Under the pieces are notes generated by a model that was not told where the DNA came from, searched no databases, and worked only from the letters and a program-made list of their open reading frames with translations. Shown in pieces: positions 1-9,648 of a stretch of 64,000 nucleotides of DNA. The number at the start of each line of letters is the position of its first letter. The first letter of the stretch is position 1. Source of the stretch: Clostridia bacterium (GTDB lineage: Bacteria > Bacillota > Clostridia > Oscillospirales > Acutalibacteraceae); assembly GCA_017403265.1 (NCBI GenBank), contig JAFQOJ010000017.1, forward strand, positions 1,196 through 65,195, given 5' to 3'. A program made the translations under genes and the position numbers.

Positions 1-1
1 A

Positions 2-1966
2 ACCTTGGCTGACGCTATTTTATTTTACGGAAAGGCTACTGACCGTATAGGTAAGATTAGCGACAGTACAACAGTTATGGACTTTGATGCCGAAGAAAAG
101 AAGAGAAAAACTTCCGTTTCAACTTCGGTTTACTCACTTGAAATAAATGATAGTAAACTTAATATTATAGATGCTCCCGGTCTTTTTGACTTTGCAGCTG
201 GTGTTCACGAAGCTTTACAAGCAGCAGATAGCGCTATTATTACAATTTCGGGTAAATCCGGTCTTACCGTAGGTGCTAAACAATGCTTTGAAAAGGCTCG
301 CGCTTTAAATAAAAGTGTTGCATTTTTTGTAGGTAAGCTTAATTCTACACACGCTCACTTCTATCGCGTGCTTTCAGCATTAGCAGGTCAATACGGCGCT
401 ATAATTTGCCCTGTTGTTGTTCCATATATTGAAAACGAACAGGTTAAATGCTACATAAACCTTATTGACAATAAAGCCTACGCTTGCGAGGGTTTAGAAA
501 TTAAAGAAATGCGTATGCCCGTAAGCGAAGAAATAGACAATATGAGAAGTATGCTTTTGGAAGCTATCGCTACTACAGACGAAGCTTTAATGGAAAAATA
601 CTTCGCGGGTGAAGAATTTACACCTGAAGAAATTATACACGGCTTAGGCTTAGGCGTTAAGAGTGGAGATATCTGCCCTGTTTATTGCGGTATTCAGCAA
701 ACAGGTGATGCTGTACCTATGATGGTAGATAATCTTCTCAAGATTCTACCCTCTACTTCCGACTGCACATACACCAACGCAGGCGGCGAAGATTGTGCAT
801 TTGATGCATCGGGCGAAACTGCTCTTTGCGTATTCAAAACAATTGCCGACCCGTTTGTTGGTAAGCTTTCATATTTCAAGGTTTTATCAGGCACTGTTAA
901 AAACGATATTCAGCTTATTAATAACCGCACAAAGAACAGTGAGCGTATTTCTAAGATTATGTGGCTTAAAGGCGCTAAACAAGAAGATGCAACCGCTATT
1001 ACCGCAGGTGATATTGGAGCAGTAGCAAAGCTTGGTAACGTTATTACAGGCGATACTCTCTCACAAAAGGGTGAAATTGCCATTGCAAAAATCAACTTCC
1101 CGCACCCCACCCTATCTGTTGCGGTTTATCCCAAAGCTAAGGGTGACGAAGAAAAAATATCGGGTGCATTCAACCGTATGGCTGAAGAAGACCCCACCAT
1201 TTCGGTTCATACCGATAAGGAAACCAAAGAGCTTATACTCTCGGCTTTAGGTGAACAGCATATTGATGTTATAATTTCCCGCCTAAAGAGTAAATTCGGT
1301 GCCGAAGCAGAGCTTAAACAACCCAAAATTGCATACCGCGAAACTATCCGCAAGCCTGTTAAGGTACAGGGCAGACACAAAAAGCAATCGGGCGGTCATG
1401 GTCAGTTTGGTGATGTTTGGATTAAGTTTGAGCCTTGCGACAGCGAAGAATTAGTATTCTGTGAAGAAGTGTTCGGCGGTGCCGTTCCTAAAAACTTCTT
1501 CCCCGCAGTAGAAAAGGGGCTCCGCGATTCAGCCGTTAGCGGTGTTTTGGCGGGTTACCCAATGGTAGGACTGAAGGCAACACTTTATGACGGTTCCTAC
1601 CACCCTGTAGATTCTTCCGAAATGTCCTTCAAAATGGCAGCAAGCATTGCTTATAAAGAAGGTATACCTCAAGCATCTCCCGTACTTTTAGAGCCTATAG
1701 GCACCCTTAAAGTATTAGTTCCCGATGAAATGCTTGGCGACGTTATTGGCGATATTAACAAACGCCGCGGCAGAATTATAGGTATGAATCCGGCTGACAA
1801 CAAAATGCAGGAAATCATAGGCGAAGTACCCATTGCCGAAATGTCAGACTTCTCTACCGCTATGCGTTCTATTACCCAAGGAACCGCAACCTTCACGCTA
1901 GAACTTGAAAGATACGAAGAAGTTCCTGCACAAATAGCAGCTAAGGTTATAGAAGCTAGCAAATAG
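2..1966 (+). CDS. Elongation factor G family protein, 5' end cut by window edge (degenerate GTPase motifs)
   Basis: The frame is open from the window edge. TLADAILFYGK aligns just after the EF-G P-loop. DAPG (G3), domains II-V and the domain IV tip YHPVDSSEMSFK are recognisable. The TTG at 5 in the ORF track is not the real start. Confidence 0.85.
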   Translation, partial: TLADAILFYGKATDRIGKISDSTTVMDFDAEEKKRKTSVSTSVYSLEINDSKLNIIDAPGLFDFAAGVHEALQAADSAIITISGKSGLTVGAKQCFEKARALNKSVAFFVGKLNSTHAHFYRVLSALAGQYGAIICPVVVPYIENEQVKCYINLIDNKAYACEGLEIKEMRMPVSEEIDNMRSMLLEAIATTDEALMEKYFAGEEFTPEEIIHGLGLGVKSGDICPVYCGIQQTGDAVPMMVDNLLKILPSTSDCTYTNAGGEDCAFDASGETALCVFKTIADPFVGKLSYFKVLSGTVKNDIQLINNRTKNSERISKIMWLKGAKQEDATAITAGDIGAVAKLGNVITGDTLSQKGEIAIAKINFPHPTLSVAVYPKAKGDEEKISGAFNRMAEEDPTISVHTDKETKELILSALGEQHIDVIISRLKSKFGAEAELKQPKIAYRETIRKPVKVQGRHKKQSGGHGQFGDVWIKFEPCDSEELVFCEEVFGGAVPKNFFPAVEKGLRDSAVSGVLAGYPMVGLKATLYDGSYHPVDSSEMSFKMAASIAYKEGIPQASPVLLEPIGTLKVLVPDEMLGDVIGDINKRRGRIIGMNPADNKMQEIIGEVPIAEMSDFSTAMRSITQGTATFTLELERYEEVPAQIAAKVIEASK

Positions 1967-1994
1967 TAAAACTAAATATTTTCTACAAATAAAT

Positions 1995-2036
1995 AAAGCA
2001 GATTTTCTAGTAATTAGAAAATCTGCTTTTATTTTT
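1995..2036. terminator. Bidirectional intrinsic terminator between convergent genes
   Basis: Perfect 15-bp stem AAAGCAGATTTTCTA (1995-2009) / TAGAAAATCTGCTTT (2015-2029) with a 5-nt loop, a T-run downstream and an A-run upstream. Confidence 0.7.
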
Positions 2037-3906
2037 AAAGTTTTTCCCATTCTTCATAAGCGACTAAAAGTTCTTCTTGTGCCGAATTTAGTTGCTCGGT
2101 AATTTCGGATAATTTTACATAATCCGAAAGATTTTCGTCACACTCAAGTTGGGCTTCAAGCTCGCTGACCTTTTGTTCCAAGTTGGCAATTTGCTCTTCT
2201 TTTTTCTTTATTGCACGTTCTCTTTTTGCTTTTTCTTTTAATGGTGTTGTAAAGGTTTTCTTTTCCTTTGGTTTTTCTTCATTTTCAGCCTTTATAACAA
2301 TTTCAGTTTTAGCTTTCAATAAATATTCTTCGTAACCAAAACGGTAATAAGCCGTTTCACCTTTTTTAAAATCTAAAAGAGAAGTAGATATTTCTTTTAT
2401 AAAATATCTATCGTGCGATACAAAAATAACCGTACCTGAAAAATTTTTCAAAATATATTCAAGTGTTTCCTTGCCCACAATATCAAGGTGATTTGTAGGC
2501 TCGTCCAAAATTAAAAAGTTGGGTTTTTTTCTAAATATTTTACAAAGCGCAAGTCTTACCCGTTCCCCACCTGAGAGCATATTAACAGTTTTAAAAACAT
2601 CGTCACCGCTAAAAAGAAAGGCACCTAAAGCAGAGCGTGCTTCAAACTCTGTAGAATGTGGGAATGCACGTAAAAAGTCTTCTAAAACAGTGTCAGAAGA
2701 CGAATACTGCGCCATTTGCTGATCAAAATACCCTATACTAACACGCGGGCCGAATTTATAGTCACCCGAAAGAGCTTTTACGTGTCCCATAAGGGTTTTA
2801 ATAAATGTAGATTTGCCAAGCCCGTTACCGCCTATAATACCTACTTTATCCCCACGCTTTACTTCTAAATTAACGCGTGACAAAACACTATCGTAGCCTA
2901 CGGCTAAATCGGCAACCGATAAAACATCCTTCACACCAATATCGTAAGGCTCGAAATCAGCATGAAAGGTTTTAAGGTTATCCCGTTGAGGCTCAAAAAG
3001 TTCATCCATTCGGTCAATCTGCTTTAATTTGCTTTGCACCATAGCCGCTTTGGTAGCCTTGTACCTAAAACGCTCTGCCAAATCTTCCAAATGCCCTATT
3101 TCCTTTTGCTGCGCAATATATTTCTTTTGCTGTTGCTCTTTAAGTACCGCTTTTTCTTTCACAAACTGTGAATAATTGCCGTTATATTTATAGGTTTTAC
3201 CGTACTCTATTTCATAAACGGTATTTACTGTATTATCTAAAAACATGCGGTCGTGCGATACCACTAAAAACGCCTTTTTGTAATTTTTAAGGTACTCTTC
3301 AAGCCATTCAGTAGCTTCAATATCTAAATGGTTTGTAGGCTCATCCAAAAGCAGAATATCAGGCTTAGATAATAAAAGCTTTAAAAAAGCGATTTTGGTT
3401 TGTTGCCCACCCGAAAATTCACTCAAAGGACTGTTTTTACTGTCGGCAAAGCCAAATTTTTTTATAGCGTTTTCATATTCGCGCTCAAAATAAAAACCTC
3501 CTAAATTAGTAAAGGTATCAAGTAAATTAGTGTAATTTTTGATATCCTCTTCCAAATTTGTTTGTTCCATTTTGGCTTGTGCTTTTCCTAAGTCATCCTT
3601 TAATTCTAAAATCTCACTATAAGCCGAGCGCACTTCTTCTAAAAGCGTTTTGTTATAATCCGAAAAAGTTACTTGCGATAAATATCCAACCTTTGGCTTG
3701 CCTGAAACAGCAAAAAACATATCGGTATCGCTATCACGCTTAGCTATTTCATATTCACCCGCAATAGTTTTTAAAAGGGTGGTTTTACCACATCCGTTAC
3801 GGCCTACAACCGCAATTTTGCTTTGGTCGTTAATTTCAATATTAACTGAGCTTAAAATCGTATCACCCGAAAGTTCAACAACACCGTTTTGTATTTTAAG
3901 CTGCAA
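2035..3906 (-). CDS. ABC-F family ATPase (two ABC cassettes, no TM domain, C-terminal coiled coil)
   Basis: Walker A GRNGCGKTT and GGNGLGKST. Signatures FSGGQ and LSGGE. Walker B LLLDEPTNHLD and LILDEPTNHLD. Charged inter-domain linker and a lysine/glutamate-rich tail. Confidence 0.9.
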   Translation of the reverse strand: MQLKIQNGVVELSGDTILSSVNIEINDQSKIAVVGRNGCGKTTLLKTIAGEYEIAKRDSDTDMFFAVSGKPKVGYLSQVTFSDYNKTLLEEVRSAYSEILELKDDLGKAQAKMEQTNLEEDIKNYTNLLDTFTNLGGFYFEREYENAIKKFGFADSKNSPLSEFSGGQQTKIAFLKLLLSKPDILLLDEPTNHLDIEATEWLEEYLKNYKKAFLVVSHDRMFLDNTVNTVYEIEYGKTYKYNGNYSQFVKEKAVLKEQQQKKYIAQQKEIGHLEDLAERFRYKATKAAMVQSKLKQIDRMDELFEPQRDNLKTFHADFEPYDIGVKDVLSVADLAVGYDSVLSRVNLEVKRGDKVGIIGGNGLGKSTFIKTLMGHVKALSGDYKFGPRVSIGYFDQQMAQYSSSDTVLEDFLRAFPHSTEFEARSALGAFLFSGDDVFKTVNMLSGGERVRLALCKIFRKKPNFLILDEPTNHLDIVGKETLEYILKNFSGTVIFVSHDRYFIKEISTSLLDFKKGETAYYRFGYEEYLLKAKTEIVIKAENEEKPKEKKTFTTPLKEKAKRERAIKKKEEQIANLEQKVSELEAQLECDENLSDYVKLSEITEQLNSAQEELLVAYEEWEKL

Positions 3907-3920
3907 CTAAAACCCTCCTT

Positions 3921-3951
3921 TCAAAAGTTTCGGCGGACAACAAGTCCGCCG
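3921..3951 (-). terminator. Probable intrinsic terminator of the lipoprotein gene
   Basis: Stem CGGCGGAC (3931-3938) / GTCCGCCG (3944-3951) with loop AACAA. On the minus strand it is followed by AAACTTTTGA. Confidence 0.45.
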
Positions 3952-3961
3952 TAGATAAGTT

Positions 3962-4981
3962 TTAAGAAATCTTTGCGTTTTTCTTTACTAAGTCAAATAC
4001 TTCGTTGCTTACAAGCACCATTTCTATATAATACTCTCCGTATTCTTCAATAATATCCGCTCTGGTAACGCTTGAATCGCCGCCGCTTGCGATCATTTCC
4101 TTAATGGTTTGCTCTTTCTCTTCGTCAGTAATCTTTAATTCTTCTTTATCAAAGATAGCATACCAAACCATCTGCATATCCATAATCGGCTTTACCTGAT
4201 TTGTAATCAATTGTTCTTTAAGCTGGTCGGCAGTTTGACCGATTGAAGTTAAGTACTGCTCAACCGTTGCTTGATAGTTGTTTACAAGGGTGTTTTCAAA
4301 CTGCTCATAATATTTACCATACAAGAAGTCTAAATCTTCTTTTGGGTAATCCTTAATCTTAGAAGCGTTTAATACTGCTTGCTGTAGACTTTCACCGATA
4401 GCGCGTTCTTCAATATTAGCTTCATAATCTTCTAATTTTGAGAAGCCCAAGAATGTATAATAATCCTTCGGTTTTTTGGCTTCGGTAGTTGTAACATAGT
4501 TAATTTTAACGGTGAAAACTACATCCTGACCGTTTAATTCTTCATTTCCGTAATTTTTCGGGAAAGTAAGATTAAGGTCAACGGTACTTCCTATCTCTTT
4601 ACCGATAAGTCCATCTTCAAAGCCATCTATAAAGCTATCAGAGCCTATAACCAAATTATAAGCCTGTGCGGTACCGCCTTCAAAAGCAACACCGTCCTTT
4701 TTACCGGTATAATCGATGTTAACATTATCGCCTTCTTTAACTTTACCTTCGTTTTTGGTAACGTATAAGCCGTAGGTTTGAACATCGCTTGCTATTATAT
4801 CTTCGCTAATTTTTTTGAACTCGTCAGACTTTTTGTCAACCTTTAAGCCCTTATATTCGCCCAAAGTAACATACTTACCGAGGTCAACGTTATAAAGCTC
4901 TCTTTTTTCCTTTTTAGCACAACCTGCGAAACAGGTAAGCATTAACCCTAAAATTAGTACCAAACTTAAAATTCTTTTCAT
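3962..4981 (-). CDS. Lipoprotein with trigger-factor-like FKBP PPIase and C-terminal chaperone domains
   Basis: Signal peptide with lipobox (LTCFAGC). The segment GDNVNIDYTGKKDGVAFEGG...FIDGFEDGLIGKEIG...FPKNY matches the trigger factor PPIase domain. The helical C-terminal part resembles the TF C-domain. The TF ribosome-binding N-domain is absent. Confidence 0.7.
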   Translation of the reverse strand: MKRILSLVLILGLMLTCFAGCAKKEKRELYNVDLGKYVTLGEYKGLKVDKKSDEFKKISEDIIASDVQTYGLYVTKNEGKVKEGDNVNIDYTGKKDGVAFEGGTAQAYNLVIGSDSFIDGFEDGLIGKEIGSTVDLNLTFPKNYGNEELNGQDVVFTVKINYVTTTEAKKPKDYYTFLGFSKLEDYEANIEERAIGESLQQAVLNASKIKDYPKEDLDFLYGKYYEQFENTLVNNYQATVEQYLTSIGQTADQLKEQLITNQVKPIMDMQMVWYAIFDKEELKITDEEKEQTIKEMIASGGDSSVTRADIIEEYGEYYIEMVLVSNEVFDLVKKNAKIS

Positions 4982-4984
4982 TTT

Positions 4985-6112
4985 TTATTCTCCTGTGTTA
5001 TTTATTTCGCCTACCGAGGCGGCTTTGAGATATGCGTTAATAAATCCGTCAAGGTCACCGTCCATAACGGCACTTATATTGCCCGATTCAAAACCTGTTC
5101 TGTGGTCTTTTGCAAGGGTGTACGGCATAAATACATAAGAGCGTATTTGCGAACCCCAAGCAATTTCCTTTTGAACACCCTTAATATCATCAATTTTTTC
5201 AAGATGTTCGCGTTCTTTAATTTCCAAAAGCTTTGATTTTAGCATTTTCATTGCTTTTTCACGGTTTTGGAACTGACTTCGCTCGTTTTGGCAAGCAACC
5301 ACAATACCCGTAGGTATGTGGGTAAGCCGTACCGCAGACGAGGTTTTGTTTATATGCTGACCGCCTGCACCTGACGAACGGAAAACATCCATCTTAATGT
5401 CTTCTTCCTTTATTTCGATGTTATTATCATCCGAAATTTCGGGCATAACTTCAAGAGACGCGAAGGAGGTATGGCGTCTGCCCGAAGCATCAAAGGGAGA
5501 TACACGCACTAATCGGTGAACACCCGATTCACTCTTTAAGTAACCATAAGCGTTTTCACCTTCTATGGAAATTGTAGCGCTTTTAAGGCCTGCTTCGTCG
5601 CCATCTAAAAAGTCTAAAATCTGTGTTTTAAAGCCGTGCCTTTCGGTCCAACGGGTATACATACGCACAAGCATTGAAACCCAGTCCATAGCTTCTGTAC
5701 CGCCCGCACCCGCGTGAAAGGTTAAAATTGCGTTGTTTTTGTCATATTCTCCTGTTAAAAGGGTTTGCAGTCGCAGGCTTGCAAGACCTTCTTCATACTC
5801 TTTTATATTAGCTTCAATTTCTTCTATCAGCGATAAATCGCCCTCTTCATCACCCATTTGGATTAGCACCTCTAAATCTTCAAATAGAGTGCATAAATTA
5901 TCATAGCTTTCAACAGTATTTTTTAGTTTACCTGTTCTTTGCAGTATTTTTTGAGAGTTTTCTAAATCGTCCCAAAAATTAGGTGCACCTGCTTTTGCTT
6001 CAAGCTCTTCAATTTCTCTTAAAAGGCTATCGTATCCTAAAGCAGATTTAAGCTCTATAAGCTCGTTCTTACTGCCTGAAAGCTGTAAGCTTAATTCCTC
6101 AAATTCAAGCAT
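4985..6112 (-). CDS. prfB: Peptide chain release factor 2
   Basis: SPF tripeptide (VSPFDASGRRHTSF), GGQ motif (SSGAGGQHINKT), full-length collinearity with RF2. It is encoded in a single frame. Confidence 0.95.
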   Translation of the reverse strand: MLEFEELSLQLSGSKNELIELKSALGYDSLLREIEELEAKAGAPNFWDDLENSQKILQRTGKLKNTVESYDNLCTLFEDLEVLIQMGDEEGDLSLIEEIEANIKEYEEGLASLRLQTLLTGEYDKNNAILTFHAGAGGTEAMDWVSMLVRMYTRWTERHGFKTQILDFLDGDEAGLKSATISIEGENAYGYLKSESGVHRLVRVSPFDASGRRHTSFASLEVMPEISDDNNIEIKEEDIKMDVFRSSGAGGQHINKTSSAVRLTHIPTGIVVACQNERSQFQNREKAMKMLKSKLLEIKEREHLEKIDDIKGVQKEIAWGSQIRSYVFMPYTLAKDHRTGFESGNISAVMDGDLDGFINAYLKAASVGEINNTGE

Positions 6113-6139
6113 ATATTCACTCCTAATTATATGTTGCAG

Positions 6140-7060
6140 TTAATTCTTTTGTAATACAAATGCACACCAGTTATCCTTGTAGCATTCCTTTAAAACAGTA
6201 AAGCCTTTATCGTTTGCAGCGGCTAGAACATCGTCTTTCCTGATATCTATAATACCCGATATTATGAAAACCGCATCCTTTTCTAGGAACTGTTCAACAC
6301 TCTCGAACAGTTTTATTATAACATCCGCTACAATATTAGCGCAAATAACATTATATTTACCGCTTATTTTATCAGCCAAATCGCCTACTATAAATTCACA
6401 TTTATCGGCAATATTATTTATCTCGGCATTTTCTTTAGCGGTTTTTACTGACTGTGCATCAATATCCACACCGATTGCTTTTTGAGCGCCTAAAAGCACC
6501 GAAGCAATACTCAAAATACCACTACCCGTACCTATATCAAGCATAGTTGTATTAGAGTCTATATGATTTTCTAAAAGCGACAAACAAAGCGATGTTGTTG
6601 CATGGGTACCTGTACCGAAAGCAGCACCTGGGTCGATATTCAAAACCACCCTATTGTCCTTATTATCATAAGTCTCCCAGCTTGGTACGATAACCAACTT
6701 TTCGCCAATTTCACTTGTATGAAAATACTTCTTCCAATTTTCATTCCAATCCTTATCATCAACGCCCTTGTCGTCAATCTGGAATTCGATATTCTCTGCA
6801 GTAAAACGCTCTTTTAAAAATTCAAGCGACTCTAAAGCGTTATCACATTCAGATATGTAAATATGAATAAACGATACAGTGCGGTCCTTTGCCAAAAGCT
6901 GCTCGTCAATTAAATTTATATGGGCTATTTCTTCTGCCTTTTCTTCCAAATCGGAATAATCTTCAATATAAATTCCGTAAGGTACCGTCATATTAGCGAT
7001 AGCCGCAGCTAAATCGGTATCCTTTTGCGGCACCTTAATTGTAATTTCAGTCCAGTTCAT
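6140..7060 (-). CDS. prmA: Ribosomal protein L11 methyltransferase
   Basis: PrmA-type N-terminal domain (MNWTEITIKV...) and SAM-binding motif LDIGTGSGILSI. Confidence 0.9.
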   Translation of the reverse strand: MNWTEITIKVPQKDTDLAAAIANMTVPYGIYIEDYSDLEEKAEEIAHINLIDEQLLAKDRTVSFIHIYISECDNALESLEFLKERFTAENIEFQIDDKGVDDKDWNENWKKYFHTSEIGEKLVIVPSWETYDNKDNRVVLNIDPGAAFGTGTHATTSLCLSLLENHIDSNTTMLDIGTGSGILSIASVLLGAQKAIGVDIDAQSVKTAKENAEINNIADKCEFIVGDLADKISGKYNVICANIVADVIIKLFESVEQFLEKDAVFIISGIIDIRKDDVLAAANDKGFTVLKECYKDNWCAFVLQKN

Positions 7061-8192
7061 TTATAACTCCTAATATTTCGCCTTTGGTGTTTTGTACAGT
7101 ACCCTGTACCATTCCGTTGCGTCCGCCACCGCGAACAGTAAGTCTACCCTTAAACTCTTTAAACCAAGCATCAAGTTTTTCGGCATCGCCACATATTGCA
7201 AATGAATATTCGCCTTCACTTCCGCTAAACACCGCCCTGATACCGCCATATTCTTTATATAAAGAATCGGCTAAAGATTGTAAATCTTTAATATCAAAAC
7301 CGTCTTGGAATACGGCGGAAATTTGACCCTCTACTTTATAAGTTTTTGCAAAACTTTCAATAATACGCTTTTTAAGTCCACCTATTTGGTATTTAAGACT
7401 TTCTATGTTTTCAAGTTGCTTTTTCACTGCAGCGGCAATTTCGTTTTGAGGGCTGCAAAGTAGTGCCGAAATTTCCAAATCATTAAAATAACGATTATTG
7501 TAGTCTTTGAGTGCGCGTCTGCCGCATACCGCCCAAATACGAATGCCGCCCTTGTTTTTGGCAAAATCAAGTATCTTTATAATGCCTATCTCACTCGCGC
7601 TGTTAACGTGGGGCGCACAGCAAGCACAACTGTCACAATCTTCGATTTCAACTATTCTAACACCGCTTTGTAAATCAAGCTTACTACGGTACTCTAAATC
7701 CTTTAAATTTTCGGGATAGTAGCAGTTGATTTTCGCATTACGGTATATTACTTCGTTTGCTTGTCTTTCTATCTCTATTAAATTTTCGCGAGTGAGCATT
7801 CCGTCAAAGTCCATAGTCATTTCGGTTTCACTCAAATGAAAGCCTACATTGTTGTAGCCGTAAAGAGAATTAACAATGCCCGAAATTATATGCTCGCCTG
7901 TATGCTGTTGCATAAAATCAAAGCGGCGCTCAAAATCTATTGTTCCGGTAATTTTTTTACCCACTTCTAATTGCTTTGTGGTGTAATGGTAAATAACGCC
8001 GTCCTTTTCTCTAACATCATATACACGAACATCGTCTAAATAACCTGTGTCCGACGGTTGACCGCCACCCTCAGGGAAAAAGGCAGTTCTATCTAAAATT
8101 GTAAAATAACCGTCTGCTTTTTCGTAACATTCTATTACTGTAGCGCCAAATTCTTTTAAATGCGAATCGTTATCGTATAATTTTTCGGTCAT
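7047..8192 (-). CDS. alaX: Alanyl-tRNA editing protein, AlaX-L type
   Basis: tRNA_SAD editing motifs HTGEHIISG (HxxxH) and CCAPH (CxxxH). C-terminal DHHA1-like GGGR/GG segment. It lacks an aminoacylation domain. Confidence 0.8.
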   Translation of the reverse strand: MTEKLYDNDSHLKEFGATVIECYEKADGYFTILDRTAFFPEGGGQPSDTGYLDDVRVYDVREKDGVIYHYTTKQLEVGKKITGTIDFERRFDFMQQHTGEHIISGIVNSLYGYNNVGFHLSETEMTMDFDGMLTRENLIEIERQANEVIYRNAKINCYYPENLKDLEYRSKLDLQSGVRIVEIEDCDSCACCAPHVNSASEIGIIKILDFAKNKGGIRIWAVCGRRALKDYNNRYFNDLEISALLCSPQNEIAAAVKKQLENIESLKYQIGGLKKRIIESFAKTYKVEGQISAVFQDGFDIKDLQSLADSLYKEYGGIRAVFSGSEGEYSFAICGDAEKLDAWFKEFKGRLTVRGGGRNGMVQGTVQNTKGEILGVINELD

Positions 8193-9562
8193 CCTAATCT
8201 TTCCTTTACTATATATGCCGCTTTATAAATATCGCCGCCGCCCATTGTTATTACAATATCGTTTTCCTTTGCGGTTTCAATTATTTTGTCTGCTATATTC
8301 GAAAAACCGTCTACAATGCAAACATCCTTAAGTCCTTTAGCTAAATCTTCGGATGAAATACCATAAGTATTAATCTCGCGCGAGCCCATTATTGGGGTTA
8401 AAATAACCTTATCCGCAATAGATAACGCTTTAATAAATTCATCCTTTAAAAGTGCTGTACGCGAAAAAGTAAAGGGTTGAAACACCGCAATAACATTGTT
8501 ATAAGAAAGGTTTTTAGCGGCAGTAAGGGTTGCAGTAATCTCGGTTGGGTGGTGTGCGTAGTCGTCTGCTAAGCAAAATCCATTAAACTCGCCCAAAAAC
8601 TCAAAGCGTCTACCAGCCCCTGTGAATTTTTCGAGTGCATCTTTTATACCGTCTGCACTCACTCCCATATCATAAGCCACCGCAAAAGCCGACAAAGCGT
8701 TTAAAATATTATGGTGACCGGGGATATGAAGCGCTAAATCAATAATTTTTTCGCCGTTTTTATAAACATCAAACGAAAAACCGTACTTGCCTTTTTCTAT
8801 ATTATCTGCATAATAGTCGTTGGACTTATTAAACCCAAATGTAACCTTTTCTACCTTTGCATTATTGCAAGCAGTAACAGATAATTCATCATCACCGTTT
8901 ACATAGCAAAGCTTACCCGAAGATACAAACTTAGTAAAGGAACTCACAAGATTTTCCATAGTTTTAAAGTAATCAAGGTGGTCATTATCTATATTAAGCA
9001 AAACCGTAATATCGGGGGAAAGCTGTAAAAAGGTATCTACAAACTCGCACGACTCACAAACCATAGTTTCACTTTTGCCTGCAATACCATTAGAATTTAT
9101 AAGCGGGAGCTTACCACCGATAACTGCTGTAGGATCACACTTGTTTAATATTAAAATTTGTGTTATCATAGATGTAACAGAGGTTTTGCCGTGCGTACCG
9201 CATACACCTATAACATTATCGTATTTGCGGGTAAGCGCACCTAAGAGCAGGCTTCTCTCCATTGTAGGAATACCTAGTTCTGCTGCCCTTAATAATTCGG
9301 GGTTATCCTTACTAATAGCCGCCGAGTAAACCACAAGCTCAGCATTTTCTACATTTTCTCCTTTATGCCCCATAAATACCTTTATGCCCAGATTTTTAAC
9401 ACGCTTTAAAGGGTCGCTTTCATTATTGTCAGACCCTGTTAAAATATAACCTTTAGTATGCAAAATTTCAGCAAGCGGACACATACCGCTACCGCCGATA
9501 CCTATCATATGAATTTTTTTAACATTGTCAATTATTTTATCCTGAAGTGACAGTTGTTTCAC
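8189..9562 (-). CDS. murC: UDP-N-acetylmuramate--L-alanine ligase
   Basis: N-terminal IGIGGSGM Rossmann motif, P-loop GTHGKTS, Mur ligase central and C-terminal domains. Confidence 0.95.
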   Translation of the reverse strand: MKQLSLQDKIIDNVKKIHMIGIGGSGMCPLAEILHTKGYILTGSDNNESDPLKRVKNLGIKVFMGHKGENVENAELVVYSAAISKDNPELLRAAELGIPTMERSLLLGALTRKYDNVIGVCGTHGKTSVTSMITQILILNKCDPTAVIGGKLPLINSNGIAGKSETMVCESCEFVDTFLQLSPDITVLLNIDNDHLDYFKTMENLVSSFTKFVSSGKLCYVNGDDELSVTACNNAKVEKVTFGFNKSNDYYADNIEKGKYGFSFDVYKNGEKIIDLALHIPGHHNILNALSAFAVAYDMGVSADGIKDALEKFTGAGRRFEFLGEFNGFCLADDYAHHPTEITATLTAAKNLSYNNVIAVFQPFTFSRTALLKDEFIKALSIADKVILTPIMGSREINTYGISSEDLAKGLKDVCIVDGFSNIADKIIETAKENDIVITMGGGDIYKAAYIVKERLG

Positions 9563-9648
9563 TCGAAAAAACTCCCTTTTTTAGAATATTATATATTATA
9601 CTACTATTTACGTAAAAAATAAACCATTTTTTGAAAGGAAACTAAAAA

